Notes: generated by a model not told the origin, from the sequence alone. A stretch of 64,000 nt of DNA from Eledone cirrhosa (GCA_964016885.1 OZ024740.1:89342001-89406000), one strand, 5' to 3'. Counted from the first letter of the stretch, positions 1 to 14,908 are shown. Program-made: numbers and translations.

Positions 1-528
1 ACTATTCAGACATTGAATATTTACGTTCTGTGTTTTTTGTTTTGTTTTGTTGCTACACATAACTTACTTAAATCCTTGACATATTGATATCAATACATTC
101 GGAGATATGTATGTCTATAATAGTTTTGGAATCATTACATTTATTCTTTACATATTTACCCGTGTCGTCAACTGTTGCTGCCTATAGCATTTATGTGATA
201 ACTATGTTATTATTATATTGGTTATAATGTGTGAGCTTTTAAATATTTATTTTTATATATCCTACCACAAATAAATATGAGAAAATATACCCTTCTTTGT
301 AACATGATATAGATTATTTTGTATAGTAAAGCGATAAGAGTTAATGTATTTAAAGAATTCAAACTAATAAAGAACATTGATCGTTTGTAGTGTACAACAT
401 ATATATATATTGGGGGACGAGAGTGTAGCATGTTTGTATATTAATATGTGTTGTATAAAATACTATACATCTCGTCTCCTCTTAGCATTTCGTACGATAT
501 TGTCTTAACATTATTTTTGCTAACATAT

Positions 529-720
529 GGCGGTGAATTGGCAGTATCGGTAGAGGGTCGGACGCCATTCTTTCTAGCATAGTTACGTCCCTTTACAATC
601 TGAGTTCAAATCCCGCCGAGGTTAACTTTCCCTTTCATCCTTACGGGGTCGATAAAATAAAAAAGTACCAGTAATGTACTGGTTAGTTGCTGACCTTGTG
701 CCTAAAGATGAAACAATTAT
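529..720 (+). mobile_element. tRNA-derived SINE, full length, with target-site duplication
   Basis: A-box-like ggcggtgaattggcag, B-box gagttcaaatcc, central ctttcatccttacggggtcgataaaataa block and tail ccttgtgcctaaagatgaaacaattatt. TSD ttatttttgctaacata (511-527) / ttattttcgctaacata (717-733). Many copies in the window. Confidence 0.9.
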
Positions 721-2410
721 TTTCGCTAACATAAATATTAGGATGGACACAAATTTATGGATTCCCCTTGCATTATCTTGGTGATTAAAATTACTGTTGA
801 TGACATTTTTTGTATTACTATATACTAGTGAGAACTTTGATCTTCACCGTTGTGCATATGGTGCATATATCCTAATGCCATGCTCCGTCTCATTATTTGT
901 GAATATTTTTTCCAAAACTTTAGTTCCAACAATTTTACTTTTAAGAAAGATTTGTAGTGGCGCTATTTTAATTTCTGTATTTGCAATCCTCCAACTTTTC
1001 CGCTTCACTTTTCCTCTTCACTTTTCAATCTCCCTCTGTCTAGCATCTCATTATATTTTAAAGTTAAATTCTTTAAAATATACAGGCAATTGTTAAAATT
1101 TGTAAATTCAATATGGTTTTATTTATCGCGTTCTTTCTTTTCCGTCTGCCTTTCAATCTCTCTCTTCCTTTGAAGTATATCTTACGAAAATAGATATACA
1201 TGTCAATTTTATTAAACAAAATCGTTTACTAGTCTTTAAATACTTTCTGTGTGTATGTATGTATATATGAGTGTATATACATATGCGCATTCATACATTT
1301 ATTAAAATAATTTATACGAAACACTCGACATATTAAATCGATGAAATTAAGAAATGTCACAATGTTTAAGAAAAACATTCAAATATATTCAAATCCAAGG
1401 AGCCTAATATCATATTAGATTATCACTTCGGTGGTCTATGTTATCGCCTATTAAGATATAAGTTGATGAAAACGGTGTATGTGACGTACAGTTTGAACAA
1501 CCTTCAGATTTGTGAATGTGGCCATCTTTCGGATTCCATTTTTATTTTAGATGATGAAGAAATTTCTCAGAGAAAGTAATTTCTTCTTTACTATGATTGT
1601 AGATATATGCAACACGGCTTAGGTGTCAGCAGATCGTTGCAAAGAAAGCATGTTCTGGGGGATATATAACTCAATGTCTATCAAGACGCAATGTTGTGTT
1701 GAAATATAATGCTATCCAGTCATACTGATCATGCCATTCTACAAATATGACGTGATTTCTAACGGAATATTTTTCAGAAATGTTTGTAAAACGTTAGTGA
1801 CACGAAAAACCTTGTAGATTCTTCAGTTATAAAGTAATACTAAAATCAATAGAAAATACATTCCTTATACATGGTTTATGTATAAGTACATGCAAATGAT
1901 TACCAGTTTGCAGGTAAATGAAATTTAAATATATCAAGATTCTGCATTAAATTCGACAGTAAGATCCTCATCATAAAACACACATATGTTTAAATCATGC
2001 TAATAGATTTAAGAAACTTTGAACTTCGCAAAATCATTTTGTTATGATCATACATTTACCTATATCTGGCTATAATATGACAGCTTTTAAAAATCTTGTT
2101 TGCACTGGTTTAAAGCTGTCAATAATGTAATTGCTACTATTTACTATCCTGCAACAATTATAATTGAATTAGAGAGTCATTGTGAATATAATGCTCATAC
2201 TTACTTTGTTTTATTATGTTTAAAGATGAAATGTGATGAGTTGAAATAGTATACACTTCTCTAAACAGTACAAAACATATAGGAGTTTTGATACCCCGAA
2301 CAACTTAGTTGCGATATATCCATAACTTGCCAAGTGTAATTCTATACAAAAGTCATAGCAATATACTGTCATGTGCTTAAAAACATATTGCAATCAAATC
2401 AATATTTCGT

Positions 2411-2484
<74 letters not shown>

Positions 2485-3984
2485 CTCCGCCCCCCTCTCT
2501 TTCTCTCTCTCTCTTCAGATAAAAAGCGATTTTTATTTAAATATAGATTCATATCCTAATTTTCTGTTAACTTAATGAAACGTGTTATTTTTCAGAAACT
2601 TTGTTTAGAACCCCACGTTCATTGATACTCTAATATGACACTATTCGTATTTAGTTATGTCTCTCTCTAAATAAAAAGAAATTAGGACAGTTTCCATTCT
2701 TATAATGATTGATTAATATATGTTAGTGTTTTTTACACAACCTCCCAAACGAATTGGTAACATTTTCTAGCTCAATGTGAAGCCTATGATAATATATCCG
2801 CATCTCAAATAAAAAACTCTTTATAGACATTTCGGTATCTGTTGTTTCTCTATAAACTATTGAGCTATATCGTATATTGTGTATTTAGACAACAAAGATA
2901 GAATTAATATATCTATGTATTTTTGTCACTATAATTTTGGATTCGTTCTGTCTATATATGTATGCAAATTATGTTTACCAATATGTTAGCGATATATCCT
3001 GTGGCTTCCATGAAATGTTCCGCACCAATGTGCATTTGTTAAACAACGCGTTTTTTTAAATTTTAAATAAATCAGAAATGTATTTATCTCTGAAGATGAA
3101 ATATTATTAATCATTTCTAAATGCGATAATAACGTCGTAGCTAATTTATTATTTAAGTCAAATATATTACTTAAAATGCCATTACAAACCCCAATAACAC
3201 ATTTGTTTCCTGCTGAAAAGATGTCAATTTATGATCTAATTTTCATATTCTGCTTTAGATATACGTACACCTATTTTACTTTTGTTTTGAATTATTTCTA
3301 TCCCTCTTTCAAACATAACGTATCTTATAATTGTAAGAAAATGACTTAACTCTCGAAATTATAAATGGCTGTTGGGAAGCCAGTTACGTAAAGAGAAATA
3401 TTAGACCTCAGCACCAATAAAATGTGTAATGCAAAAATATTGGAACATTTCATTCGTCTATGTTCTGGTTCGTAAATGCAAGTCAACGAAGGAAATACGT
3501 GTTATTAGCTGGGGTCTTTAAGAGGAATTATGAATTCAAATTCTAGATGGATAATTCCTAACTAACAACGTTACATGTAAAATTCTAAAGTATTATGCTT
3601 AAATTTCACCGAATTAAACATAGCATACCAGTTATTAATTGTATCCAAGTAGGGACTTTTCAGATATGAATAATGTAACAGATACTAGATTTAATTTTAT
3701 TTGTATAAAATTATTTTAATTGGCTGAAGGACGAACAATGTTTAAAAGCAAAACTGTAGCTGTGCTTAACTGAAATGATAATTTACCCATTATGTATACA
3801 CATGACCAAGGTTCAGTTAGAACATTTGATAAATCTTCCCCCCGCATGCATGACTTGCTAGGAATAGGAAACATATATTGAAACATCAAAATATCTGTTA
3901 ATACATAATTTTCTGCGGTGGTGTATTCTCACCAGGCAGAAACGAATCCTGGCTTTATGTGTTGGGCACTGATTAAGAATATAA

Positions 3985-4168
3985 ATCTTTCTACTTTTAC
4001 AACAAGGCCAGCAATTACCCAGTACATTACTGGTAATTTATTTTGTCGACCCCGTAAGGATGAAGGAAAAGTTAACCTCGACGGGATTTGGACTCAGACC
4101 GTAAATGGACGTAAATATGCTGGAAAGCATGGAATCCGACCATCCAGCGATACTGCCAATTCACCGCC
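3985..4168 (-). mobile_element. tRNA-derived SINE, same family, inserted at the tail of an adjacent copy
   Basis: Reverse complement of the 529-720 family. Flanked by tgattaagaatataa at 3970-3984 and 4174-4188. Confidence 0.9.
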
Positions 4169-4186
4169 CTTAATGATTAAGAATAT

Positions 4187-4363
4187 AATTATTTCTACTT
4201 TAGGCACAAGGCCAGCAATTACCCAGTGCATTACTGGTACTTTATTTTATCGACCCGTAAGGATGAAAGGCAAAGTCAACTCTGCGGGATCTGAACGCAG
4301 ATCGTAAAGGGACGTAACTATGCTGGAAAGCATGGCGCCCGACCCTCCACCGATACTGCCAAT
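4187..4363 (-). mobile_element. tRNA-derived SINE, same family
   Basis: Second tandem copy: tail ttctactttaggcacaagg, head ...cgatactgccaat. Confidence 0.9.
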
Positions 4364-6404
4364 GATCCCTAACTGTTTCTAGCTCTAACAACGAATTGCC
4401 GTCGGTGTACATTTACTGTGGAGCGCATTAAAACAATTCATAAAACGGGCTTTGACACAATGAACAACATATTTACGTGGATTGATCCAACAGCCTATAC
4501 AATCATCAGATCAACACCATAACCACTAAGCAACACCCTTTCTAATTGAAATTGTACATAAGCATACAATAACTTAATGATTACTATATATATTCCTTTG
4601 GTGAGAGATCTCTTCGATCAAAGCAAAATTAATAAGAGAGGAAAAACAGAACACAATATGAAAAACATTATGCCGTGCTCAATATTTTAATCACGCATTT
4701 AAAAGTATTTCATTAATTTCGTATAATCTATCTAATTATCAATTCTATTGTTTGAAATAATTACCACACCAGCATTATCTTTCACAGGAGGATTCTAAAT
4801 ATATAATAGGTTATCCGAGTTCCCTAGTTTTGCAATAACGTAGCTTTTTTCATCAGAATGAATAATAAATTTAAAAACGATCGTGATGAAAAAACGTGTT
4901 TCACAATGGAATGCTTTCTTGTATAAAACAGAAGATAATGTTCATGTTAACGGAGTAACACGAGAAGAGGTAAGATATTCAAGTAACATAATTAAATATA
5001 TAAATAACAGTTGTTGAATATTTCAAAATATTATTTGTGTAGCCATCGTATAGAATGTTTTAAATAATTCTATTTGTCTTTCTCTGTTTTAGCTTTAAGA
5101 ATTATATTTACAACAAATAATTATTAGAATCGCAGACGTCAGTACTTACAAAAAGACAAGCATGATGATCGAACAGTTTTATTGAAATATCGACTGAGGT
5201 GGCCTAATGTGAGTAGTATTTCTTACTCCCAGGGCAGCACCAATGGAACATCATTATTATTAGAGGCGTCGAAGCTGTGAACAACCTTTCTTTGGATTTA
5301 AATAGTGTATCTAGAAATATGTTATTGAACGTCTCTTTTGATAAAATAGATGTGGTTTGAAGAAATCTAGACGCTATTTCGAGCAACTCATATGAGTATA
5401 TCATCAAAAGGAGTTCAATAGTGTATGAATATCCAGTGGATGTAATAATTGGCTACGGGAATGATATTCTAAATTGTTAAATAACTATTGTTTATACATT
5501 TAATTCTGTTAATGTGATGTCATATTTCTTCATGCGTAAATATATTAAATTGAAATATATATTCTATTTTCAACAAGAGAACAATGTTACAATTTAATTA
5601 AAGAGGTACATCAACATAAAAGCTTTTCCAAAACATGCGCTAATTATTCCGGTTATTCTTAAAACTATTGAATTATGCATATGCATAAAGAGAAAAACTT
5701 CATATCGTTATATATATTCATTCATGTCCAACAGTAAATGTATTCAAAATAGAAACATATATATATTTAATTAAAAGGTGTTTGGTTAACCGAGCTTCTA
5801 TACATGTATTCCTTTCACTATTTCCATAACCAGACAAAAATAAATACCTAAAAACGTACATAATGTCGCACGCAAACGCATGTAAACATGCTCATTTTAC
5901 TTTCTTTTTCTATCGAATCCGAATGTAACCATTGAATCACCTTATTTGTGGTGGTCTATGTACAGTTTCGATCCTTGGGGAAGGGGCTAAATAAATATTC
6001 GGTTGGTGATTGTAACAGCGTTCAAACACATTTGCCAGCGTCGTTGATAAGGCTGAGATCATTTAAACTCCATAAATTCAATTCCTTCAAGTGTGACATC
6101 CAACACAAGCTGCAGATTGTGTTGTATATCTTCCACGATCAAATGATTGATGTTAGTTCACTTTGAAATATTTTCAAGTCTCTACAAACCAGGCGTTCCA
6201 TATGGTATTGATATTGATATGGATCACATGGATGATATATAAGTCAGATTAGTGCTGTGTACGTTTGCATACTATAAAGTTATTAGTATGTGTTGATTTA
6301 ATGCCATCGGGTTTTCATTCAACGGCTGATTATTTTGAAGGTAAATACATCACTCCAATTTAAGAATAGTTCATAACCATTCATATTACATCTTTTCAAA
6401 TAAT

Positions 6405-6584
6405 GGTTTATACTTTTGGCACAAGGCCGGCAACTATCCCAGTGCATTGCTACTACTTTATTTTATCAACTCCGTATGGATGAAAGGCAAAGTTAACCAC
6501 GGCGTGATTTGAACTCATACCGTAAAGGGCCGTAACTCTATGCTGCAAAGCATGGCGTCCCACCTTCTACCGATACTACCAATC
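6405..6584 (-). mobile_element. tRNA-derived SINE with 23-bp TSD
   Basis: Family match. Perfect direct repeat catattacatcttttcaaataat at 6382-6404 and 6585-6607. Confidence 0.9.
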
Positions 6585-6623
6585 CATATTACATCTTTTC
6601 AAATAATATGAAATAAAATCAGC

Positions 6624-6792
6624 AAGGTAAACAGAAATAACAACACAATAGGTACTGTATATGGAAGGTATATATTAGGTTAACGCTTGATATTGCAGGA
6701 AGAGGTTCTTAACATTTCGGGAGATTAATCCTTCATCAGAAGAAAGAATGAGAAATAAGATAGATTGAGGGGACGGCCGGGATGTAATTGGA
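6624..6792 (-). mobile_element. Solo PLE pseudo-LTR/tail fragment (second copy at 53308-53472)
   Basis: About 165 bp dispersed repeat shared with 53308-53472. Carries a hammerhead motif and abuts (TA)n. Confidence 0.65.
6706..6744 (-). ncRNA. Minimal type I hammerhead ribozyme motif
   Basis: Minus strand UUCUU-CUGAUGA-aggauuaaucuccc-GAAA-UG-UU-AAGAA. Helix I UUCUU/AAGAA. Helix III is vestigial; the sister copy reads GAAACGUU, which is palindromic. Confidence 0.55.
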
Positions 6793-7419
6793 TATATATA
6801 TATATATATTCTGTTTTCTTCGGTTCAAACATGGTCTTAATAATTGTGAGGTCGTGTTCCATTACAAATATAGCTGATTCCACTGAAATATAGCTCTTTC
6901 CTACATAGTTGAGATTTGAGACTTGGTTCTGAATATTTTCTTGAGAGGGTTAAAAAAATACCACCCGAATTGTTTCAGCCGTTCCAGTTCTTGAGGTATT
7001 GCACACGACACTTTCTTCAATCATACCTACCCTCTGAAACGGTAAGATGAGTCACTCCTAAATCTAACAGAAACGTGTGTATGTGAGATGTCTTAATGCA
7101 ATGTATTTTTTTTTTTTTAGTTTCCAACATTCTTGCCTCGTAATAGTTTAAAATAAATAATTTTCGTATCTTATGCTTTTTTTTTACCTTAATACATTAT
7201 TCTGCTTGGAAGCATTATACTTTTATATTCAATTGACGACAAGCGTGATTGCCTATCATAAATGTTATAACAGAATATACATTATATAAAAACGTATATA
7301 CATACGTTCATACATACATACATTAACAACTCATGCATACTATATACATATGGCACTAGCCGAAACTGATTGATCCGACGGTCGAGATATCTCTCTATCT
7401 CTCTGTTCCTCTCTCACCA

Positions 7420-7456
<37 letters not shown>

Positions 7457-7470
7457 TATATATATATATA

Positions 7471-7543
<73 letters not shown>

Positions 7544-8069
7544 GCATGTATGTATGTATGTAAGCATGCATATATGTATGTATGTATGCATGTATGTATG
7601 AATGTATATATATATATATATATGTATGTATGTTCGTCTGCATGTATATGTTGATTAGCTGCGGAGGGAGAAATCCTAACGCCAATTTGAGGGTCAGCCT
7701 CCTCAACATAATACGAAACGTATAAAATCGAGGTTGACCAAGGTCATATTCCCTATTCTCATAAAATCCTCCACGATCTGAAACTAAGTGCATCCATTAA
7801 TATCAATTTGCTTTTAGTTTTCTATATTAATGAAGGCTTTATCTAATCCCTGATAAACGTGACCATTGACCCGATTATCAGATTCTATAGTTGCAACTTA
7901 GGCAATTAGTAACCTATCACAGCAGTTCAAGCATATCTTTTATAATTCCGTTAGCAGCTCACTGATACCAACCGGTGATTTAGCCAGTTTAGGATTTTCT
8001 ATTCAAGATATGTTTGGCATTTCCACGACCTAGTTACTGCTCCTAGCACAATATATACAATGTGTTATT

Positions 8070-8880
8070 ATGGAAGTCTTTGTGCTGGAAGAAGTAGTTC
8101 ATAGTAAAGTGACAATTACTAGAACAATACATTCGGATATAGATCATGATCAGCGTTTCTTCCGATCACTTCCTTCCCTGTCAGGTAGGGAATACCAATA
8201 TGCACCGAAATCTTCAATTAAATATGACTTAGTCATATCTATATCTGATGCGACAGTGATTTCATCAAGGAAACATCCGTATTAGGACTCTTTCTTTCGC
8301 TTATAAACTTGCATAACACATAATTCTTTTTTCGTCTTCAGCTTCAAGACGTAAGTCTTCCCATGGATGCAGTTCATAAAATATTATGTTGGGAGCTTGT
8401 ACATATCTTCACTCCAACTGTGCTCTCATTTCTGTTGCCAAACTTAAATAGTGGATTCTCCGTCCCCCATCCAAATCTGCAGTACGAGAGCCACGGGTCT
8501 TTTTGAGAAAGACCCAACCATATCTAACCGGAAGCATCTGAGCTCCTTTGCTATATCCTGGTCCTTTCCAGCACGCATTGTTAAGTTACACTTGCCAATT
8601 ATGGTTTCAGGTTACCCAGCCTTTGTTTGTGCATTCCACGCCTGCCCAGACAGATCGCAGTACATCGCCAGTACGTAATTGCATATTGGACGGAGACTAC
8701 CATTTCTATTTGGAATAAGACACCTATGGCTAAATCCTATTTCGTGCTAGCATACTGCAGTATTCTGGTGTTATTTCACACCAATAACCAATGTGATAAT
8801 TTCTCAGACAAGATAAAAAACCAGGCGTTTTTAGAGCCAACTTTTACTCCTCTAGTCGTAGCTACAACTCAATGAGAGTT
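8070..8880 (-). mobile_element. Old degenerate non-LTR (RTE-like) fragment
   Basis: More GC-rich patch. Minus-strand frames give broken C-terminal RT-like stretches with W-rich motifs and many stops. Confidence 0.3.
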
Positions 8881-9198
8881 TTCTTGGGAGTTTACAGTGT
8901 TACACATTGGTAGATTTCTCCTCGTAACTTAGATGTATTGGTCTGATGTTGTTGTCACTCCACAAGCAAAACGTATATTCTACAAATAACCATCGTATCT
9001 GTTGGCCGTATCGCTCTCCGCCACATGCGACCCGATTGTGTTGAAAATTCAAATTTTCCTGAAAGATAATTAAAGATATATATATTTCAATGCAAACAAA
9101 GTGAATTTCACACTGTTCATAATGCATATATACATATATATTGACCCCCCCCCACATACACACACGCGCGCGCGCACACACACACACACACACACAAA

Positions 9199-9246
<48 letters not shown>

Positions 9247-9875
9247 GTGATACGTTCATAAATGCTTGAACATAAATCGATTACAATATTATGACCTTTG
9301 GTCTCACGAGATTTAGAAATGCTGGAGCCATGAAGATATATTCCCTTACTAAAAAATCCGTCGCATTTATATATGGAAGAAATATTATTTATATATTTGA
9401 CATTTACTTTGTAGCAGTTATGATCGATACATTATTTTTAATATTACCATTTCTGATGATTTTCTATTCGAGATAAATTAAAACTATATTAGGGATATGA
9501 TGCTTTTAAATGGAAGGAATCAGGAATGGAAACAGAAAAGAAGAGCATGATGATGTATGAATAGCTAAAAGAAATAATCGTAATTTAATTGCACATGAAT
9601 CAGATATATAAGTTTAGATATTTGGGCAAGTATGTAAATATCCTCGACAAAGTATTATATGCTAAATTTGATGACTATGGTACATAAGAATTCAGTTGTT
9701 TATTGAATGAAATGCAATAGCTTGCGTACTTGTTATATCTTTTTTTTTTATTCATAACATTTCATACATGATATCACATAGAGCAGCGTATTATTCCATA
9801 TCCGTATGTTGTTTTAAGATTTAACGTATGATCAAACGCATTGTATATATTATTATTTCATACTATCATCGAGGG

Positions 9876-12800
9876 CAGGGGTTCTCAACCTTCCTTTTGC
9901 CGTGGACCACCAAAATAACTAATTTTTTCCTGTGGACCACCAAAATAACTAATTTTTTCCTGTGGACCACCTAAACTTTTAGATCTTTTGTAATAGACTG
10001 CTACTTATAAGCATCAGTAGATATTTTTTTCAATGAATTAGAAAATGCTATTATCATGTTGCAGTGCCTAAAAATCTACGCAAATAAACATCTGAAGTCG
10101 TACTTATGCGAAGAATAAGAACAGCGCTTTAAGTCAAATGCATGGATCAAAAAGGAATTTACTATTGCACCAAGCAACGCATAACTTATTCGTTATTAAT
10201 TTGAATTTTTTCGATTACATATCTCAGCGACAAATATGAAGCATTGATGTTGAGAATAAGTTTCTACTTCTAATTGGTAGGATCGATTTGATTGGTCAAT
10301 ACCAATTTCACTTTGCAATGAAAGTTCCTTTTTTGTCCCCCTAAGGGACATGTTTTAAGCACCAAGACGACAGAGAATAAACAAATGAGAGCACCAATAA
10401 GAAAACCAATTTGAAAATGTCTATTTTTTCAATAAAGCTTTTTTTGATAGAATCGAGTAGAAAAAGGTTACTGAGTCCTGGAAAACACTCCCTATCATTC
10501 AGATGAAATGGAAAGCTGTACAGTTTAAATGTGCTAATGTGTAGGCTATGTTAAAAAAATGCGAAGATTTAAGTTGGGATCAGTACAAAAGGTCGTGTAA
10601 ACGTTTGAGGGAATACAACAAGTTGAATTGAATTACACATGTCAACGACAACACATTTACGCCAAGTCATCAGACAACACGTCAAAAAAAATGTCAATGA
10701 GACCCTTGTGCTTGTTTTTCATCCTTAAGTTTAGAAATCCTCTGCTCTATGTGGCTCAAGCGAAGTATCAAATCGGCATTGTTGTCGAGGATCAAACGCC
10801 TCGGCTGGTTTGTGTATGTGTGGAAGACAATGGAAAATCCCTATTCAGCCAAGTAAGATGTAGGGAGATTTATTGTGAAAGGCTCGACTTGTTCAAACAG
10901 CTTTAACCAAGCCTCGACACAGTTAGTTTCAGTTAGTTTCAGAAAATTTAGGCAGATTATCATCTACCGTCGCCTCACAGAGCTCCATCTGAAGACATTC
11001 TGGTTGAACAAGTATGTCGTTCATAGACATTGTGTGAAGAGAATCCACACAAATTGGGATATTTAAAGCCAAAAGATCTTCACTATGATTATTGAAGTTT
11101 TCGTGAAGGAAAGATAGATGCTCGATTATAGATTTGTGTAAGTCATTATCTACCACAACAGTTTTTAAGTTCTCGAACTTCGAAAAGTTATGATCTTCAA
11201 TTCGAATTTTCCATAGAACGAGCTTATTCATGAAAGCCCTTATCACGTGTTTGGCACATACAACTTTGATGTTCTGCTTTTGCAAAGAAAGGTTGAGATC
11301 ATTTAGTTTTTGAAAGATATCATGTAAGTACAAAATTGCGGGTTTTTTCTCAGAAAGTGATGCTGTCATAATTGGATCAGTCTGTTGAAGAAATTCTATG
11401 ACTTTATCGAAGAGTGCAACAAAACGTCCAAGGCAGCTCCCCATTGAGAGCCAGCGTATATCTGTCGAATACAACAGACGGTTGAACGTTTCATCTTTAC
11501 AAGCTTCTTGGAAAAGCGTGTCCCGAAGACCAGATCTTTTGATCTTGTTGACTGCGGAAACAACTGTGTTAAGGATTTCAGAAAAGTTATAACTTCCGAT
11601 TTATTTTGCAATTACATTTTCTCGATGGAGTAAGCAATGAGTTGTGAAGATGTGATTAAATTCTCTCCATCTTGCAACAAAACCTTGGGATTTTCCAACC
11701 ATAGAGGCTGCTCCATCAGTGCATATCGATATGATGTTTTGGGGATCAATGTCATTTTTAGTGAGACACTCCATGACTGCATTGTAGATAATCTCTCCAG
11801 TGCTTTTCAGTACAGTTGTCATAAAAAGTAGGTTTTTACAAACCGTGGTTCCTTTTACATAGCGAGCAAAAGCAAGCACAACACATTGGTTGTCAAAAGT
11901 GCTGTCATCCACCGTAACGAAAATCTGCAGTGTCGCAATTCTTCTACAACTGTAGATTTGACATCATTAGCCATTTCAGAAATGCGGGAAGATACCATGC
12001 TGTTAGAAAGTGGAAGAGTTGCTAAAACTGAGGCAGCGTTCGTCACATTAGCAGCTTTATATCCTTCAAGTATTGAGGGCCAAATCAGGTCTTCGCCAAT
12101 CGTATGTGGGCGATCCTGTTTTGCTATCATGAGCGAAATGTCGTAGGATACTTGAAGACCAGAACAGTTGTTAGTATTGGATAGGAAAGTTTTAAGTGAT
12201 GCAGATGACGCTAACCATATAAATTGGGATGGACTTGGTTTTTTAATGATACAATAATTTCGAAGGTTTCATTCAGTCGTTAGTTAATATTTTTGAGCAG
12301 ATGATACACTGTGGTAATGAAACATCTTCTGCGCTGGATAAAAAACCATATGTGATATAATCTGAGTTATATCGTCTACAAAATCGTTTTTCCGATTCGG
12401 TGAACGAAGAATTTAGAGAACGTTTTTCCATATCACTGACAACAAAATTTCTACAGACTACAATTAAACTAACACTTGCGTAAACATGTACGTACCTGTA
12501 GAGATAATATGTTATATTGGGTAGCCGTAAGAACTGCTGTTTCGCTAGTAATTCTCAATTCAAAAGTCAGGTAGAAAACACGATCGTGTCAACCAGCCGA
12601 GAACAGGCGATCTGTTGTGTGTTTTTATGCGCGCTAACATCTGTACGCGTCTGTATTTGTCTGGTACGCGTCCGTGTATGATTGGATAGCTAATCGTCCA
12701 ATAGGAAAGGCGTGTCTCAAGTGCACTCACAGGTGCGAAGTGTGATGAGGCATGTTTCGTTTGTGTGACGTTTGCGTGTACGGAAGAATTAAAATTGTTC

Positions 12801-12887
12801 AGGTGGTCCACAGAAACGTTTCTGTGGACCACCTGAATATTCCTGTGGACCGCTAGTGGTCCACATGGACCATGTTGAGAACCCCTG
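9876..12887 (-). mobile_element. hAT DNA transposon, Buster/Charlie group, both ends intact
   Basis: TIR caggggttctcaac / gttgagaacccctg. 8-bp TSD atcgaggg (9868-9875) / atctaggg (12888-12895, nnnTAnnn). Arrays of subterminal gtggaccac at both ends. Confidence 0.95.
10680..12431 (-). pseudogene. Degenerate hAT transposase (ZBED8/SCAND3/FAM200-like domain layout)
   Basis: ATG at 12431 (MEKRS...YGF...PQCIIC, BED finger). Fragments KQDRPHTIGEDLI, ICTDGAASMVGK, HCLLHRE, RWLSMG and YLHDIFQKLNDLNLSLQ are split by frameshifts and stops. Confidence 0.9.
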
Positions 12888-13419
12888 ATCTAGGGCTACA
12901 TTTCCCAAAGCCGGTACATTGTGGTTTTAAAAAGAAAATTCCCTAGTAATCCATTGTCACGTCCGCCACCTTAATATATATTTACGGATTTTATTAATGT
13001 AATAATAAAACTGAAGGTGAATAAATATGAATTTTCTGTTATTCTAAAATCAGAAGAAACTTGAAGATTGTAGTGGATCACACGTTCACTTGTATTTCAA
13101 ACCTTTCTGAATTTGTACATTAAAATCTTCAAATAATGGCTCCATAAATATCTAAATTCGATAAGGTAGTAATGAATAAGTATATGAATCAGCTTCACAA
13201 CTAATGAAACAAATAATCATACACAGGCATACACAAACCAGCATAAAAACGTATAGTATTTCATAAAAGTATTAAATACAAATAAGAAATATACATGATA
13301 CAGCAATAGAAAATTGGTATTATATTAGAGTGATTGAAATATATATTTACAATTCGTATGTAAATTTCAAACAAAGAAAACAACGTTTTCTAATTTACAT
13401 ACATTGTCAACAATTTTGG

Positions 13420-13740
13420 TTGTATCGATCCCAGTATTTGATGGTGCTATATTTCATTGATCAAAGAAGGAAGAAAAGCAAAGTTCCTCTCGGCTCGATC
13501 TGAAATGAAAATGTTAAGAATCAAAACAAATATCGCAAAATATTTTCCGGAATTCCACGGTCCTGTCAGCCCCCAATTAATTGATTTTATTTTTGGCACA
13601 ATGCCAGCTTGATCCCAATGCTACGATACCGCTGAGAAAAAAAGCAAAGCTAACCACTGCGCGATTTGAACTCAAAATAAACAAACAAAAAAAAAAAGCG
13701 ATGTAACTATATGTCACAAACCATGTTGTCCAATGCCAGT
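13420..13740 (-). mobile_element. Two degenerate SINE fragments
   Basis: Residual matches (aaagcaaagttcctctcggc, ttggcacaatgccagc, gatttgaactca) to the SINE consensus seen elsewhere in the window. Confidence 0.55.
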
Positions 13741-14842
13741 CCAGCTCCCTGACTCAGGAAATAATAATTTTTCCTTTTACATTTTTATTTCTTCTACGAT
13801 TTTTTCAGCACATTTAGGAACACGTGTTCCGATGCTTACGAAGTATAATTTCGGCTTTATGTCTTAATATGAGTTAACTATGCATTTATATGTGATGATT
13901 TAAAATGAAATTGTTATGACTAGACATACACGCATGTAACTCGATATTAAAGAAACATATTTATTCATTAACATTCAAATCATAAAATATAGTTTCTTAT
14001 TCTTTCATTTTTTCGACTCCCGGTATACAAAATTCAATTTTTCAGAGCTTACTTGGATTGCTTGTGTTATGATTGGTTTCGGAGACTTATTTTAGGTTTG
14101 TTTATTAGCTTTTAAGAAAATAAAGTGAAACATTTATTCATTAGCCCGGTATCAATCAAGTGTATTTTACTTTTTAATTCATTATATAATTTATTGAAAA
14201 GTTTTATATCAGACATATTTTCCTGGCATTTTAGATTAATAATGCTTCAAAACGTAAAAAGAAAGGTTTCTATTGGCATTCGTTCAACGTGATGATAATT
14301 GCAGCAAATTCATTAAAATGTTACTAATATATTTTCAAATGATTAAATTCTCAGTGTGAGAACTAAATGTACCCAGGAGTTGAATACTTTCGGCAGTTGT
14401 ATGGATGCACTCACAAGATGGTGTGAACATAATTCTCAATACGTTCGACTCAAGGGTATATGGCTACCATAAATTTGATTATTTCGAAATAATAAAAAAA
14501 TTCTACGTTAAATTAAATTTCTATTTTTTGCTAAAACTGGACTATCAATTAAACATCAAATATAAGTAACATGTTTATAATAAACTCTTGATTTTAGATA
14601 CAATGATTTATAAATAGCATTTGGAGAGTGTTTTTAAAAACACCATTATTTATATAGATTTTAGAAAATCAATATAGGTATCAAGTTATAGACAAAATAT
14701 TTTTTTAGTATAAGTGAAATATTTTCGATTGTAATCACCCTTTGGATATGTAGCAACACAATAAAGTTATTGATTTAATTTAATTTTAGATTTAATTAAT
14801 ATTTCAGGTCTCCAAATCCATGAATGTATGAGACACAATGTA

Positions 14843-14883
<41 letters not shown>

Positions 14884-14908
14884 TGTAATAAACAACATAA
14901 GGCAATTA

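Noticed and set aside
4788-4969. Exon-like segment bounded by ctttcacag and gtaaga (similar signals near 1600, 2595, 5092)
   Set aside because: All three frames contain stops and no recognisable protein. It could be a non-coding or decayed exon but cannot be supported.
7340-7793. ORFs rich in YIYI/HTHT/CVCV/ERER here and throughout (e.g. 30.1-30.8, 34.8, 45.6, 47.4, 52.5, 59.8 kb)
   Set aside because: Translations of (TA)n, (CA)n and (GA)n microsatellites, which lack stops.
9901-9971. Short repeat-spacer pattern (gtggaccac..) resembling CRISPR
   Set aside because: Identical 30-bp tandem units forming hAT subterminal repeats. No unique spacers or cas genes.
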